This document shows, piece by piece, positions 15,955 to 16,264 of a stretch of DNA of 16,264 nucleotides. This stretch comes from Thermoproteota archaeon. Its GTDB lineage: Archaea > Korarchaeota > Korarchaeia > Korarchaeales > Korarchaeaceae. A program made the translations under genes and the position numbers. Every line of letters starts with the position of its first letter. The first letter of the stretch is position 1. A model generated the notes under the pieces. The model was not told the origin of the DNA and did no database searches. It was given only the letters and a program-made list of their open reading frames with translations. Location of the stretch: contig JAOZFI010000012.1 of the NCBI GenBank assembly GCA_027491395.1, forward strand, positions 1 to 16,264. The letters are read 5' to 3'.

Positions 15955-16264
15955 CTTCTACATCACCAGATTCCAACCACATTATCACGAGGTAGTAATC
16001 CTCAGATGGGTAGGAGGACACGGAGGGTAGATCGGTTAGGTTGACATCTACCTCAACCAGTTCCTTAGCTGGGAACGACATGACAGTCCCATTTGCCTCT
16101 GAGTACTTGGTTCCATTGTAGTAGATTGTGAGGTTCTCACCGGTCTCACTGTAGAACACGGATATCCTGTCAGTGTAAACCCAGTCCCCGTAGTTGTAGA
16201 AGTGTATTGCGGTGTAGTTGTGGTCAGGGATGAGGTTCCCCCCACTCAAGCGATAGGTAGTATT
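15932..16264 (-). CDS. Surface/pilin-like protein, C-terminal part (5' end outside window)
   Basis: Frame open to the edge (NTTYRLSGG...); IHFYNYGD motif; six N-x-T sequons in 110 aa; overlaps the TadC-like start. Confidence 0.6.
   Translation of the reverse strand, partial: NTTYRLSGGNLIPDHNYTAIHFYNYGDWVYTDRISVFYSETGENLTIYYNGTKYSEANGTVMSFPAKELVEVDVNLTDLPSVSSYPSEDYYLVIMWLESGDVEVVRCYSP

Noticed and set aside
1-16264. CRISPR array, tRNA/rRNA, transposase or integrase
   Set aside because: No regularly spaced direct repeats, RNA gene signatures or recombinase motifs were seen.

Overview
Gene-dense archaeal DNA: GGTGA/GGAGG Shine-Dalgarno motifs, TATA-like boxes about 22-30 nt upstream of several starts, and AGG/ATA-rich codon usage suggesting a thermophile. 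The lineage cannot be fixed from this window (no marker gene). The left half (1-7490) is metabolic and envelope-related: partial DJ-1/PfpI protein, TerC, an Nramp/APC-type transporter divergent from two cupins and a small membrane protein, ilvD, and a secreted S-layer-like mosaic protein. The centre-right (7495-13817) is the standout: a divergent eight-gene small-GTPase locus with eukaryote-like parts. Its left arm encodes a helical protein, a Roadblock/MglB protein, an Arf-family GTPase with an N-terminal amphipathic helix fused to a longin-like domain, a uDENN/longin-like protein and a 7-TM protein. Its right arm encodes a large helical protein with a possible winged helix, an MglA/COG2229-type GTPase and a beta-rich protein. 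The locus converges on type IV pilus-type genes (pilin-like, TadC/ArlJ-like platform, sequon-rich surface protein) at the right edge. All family calls are by-eye motif recognition; no searches were run.
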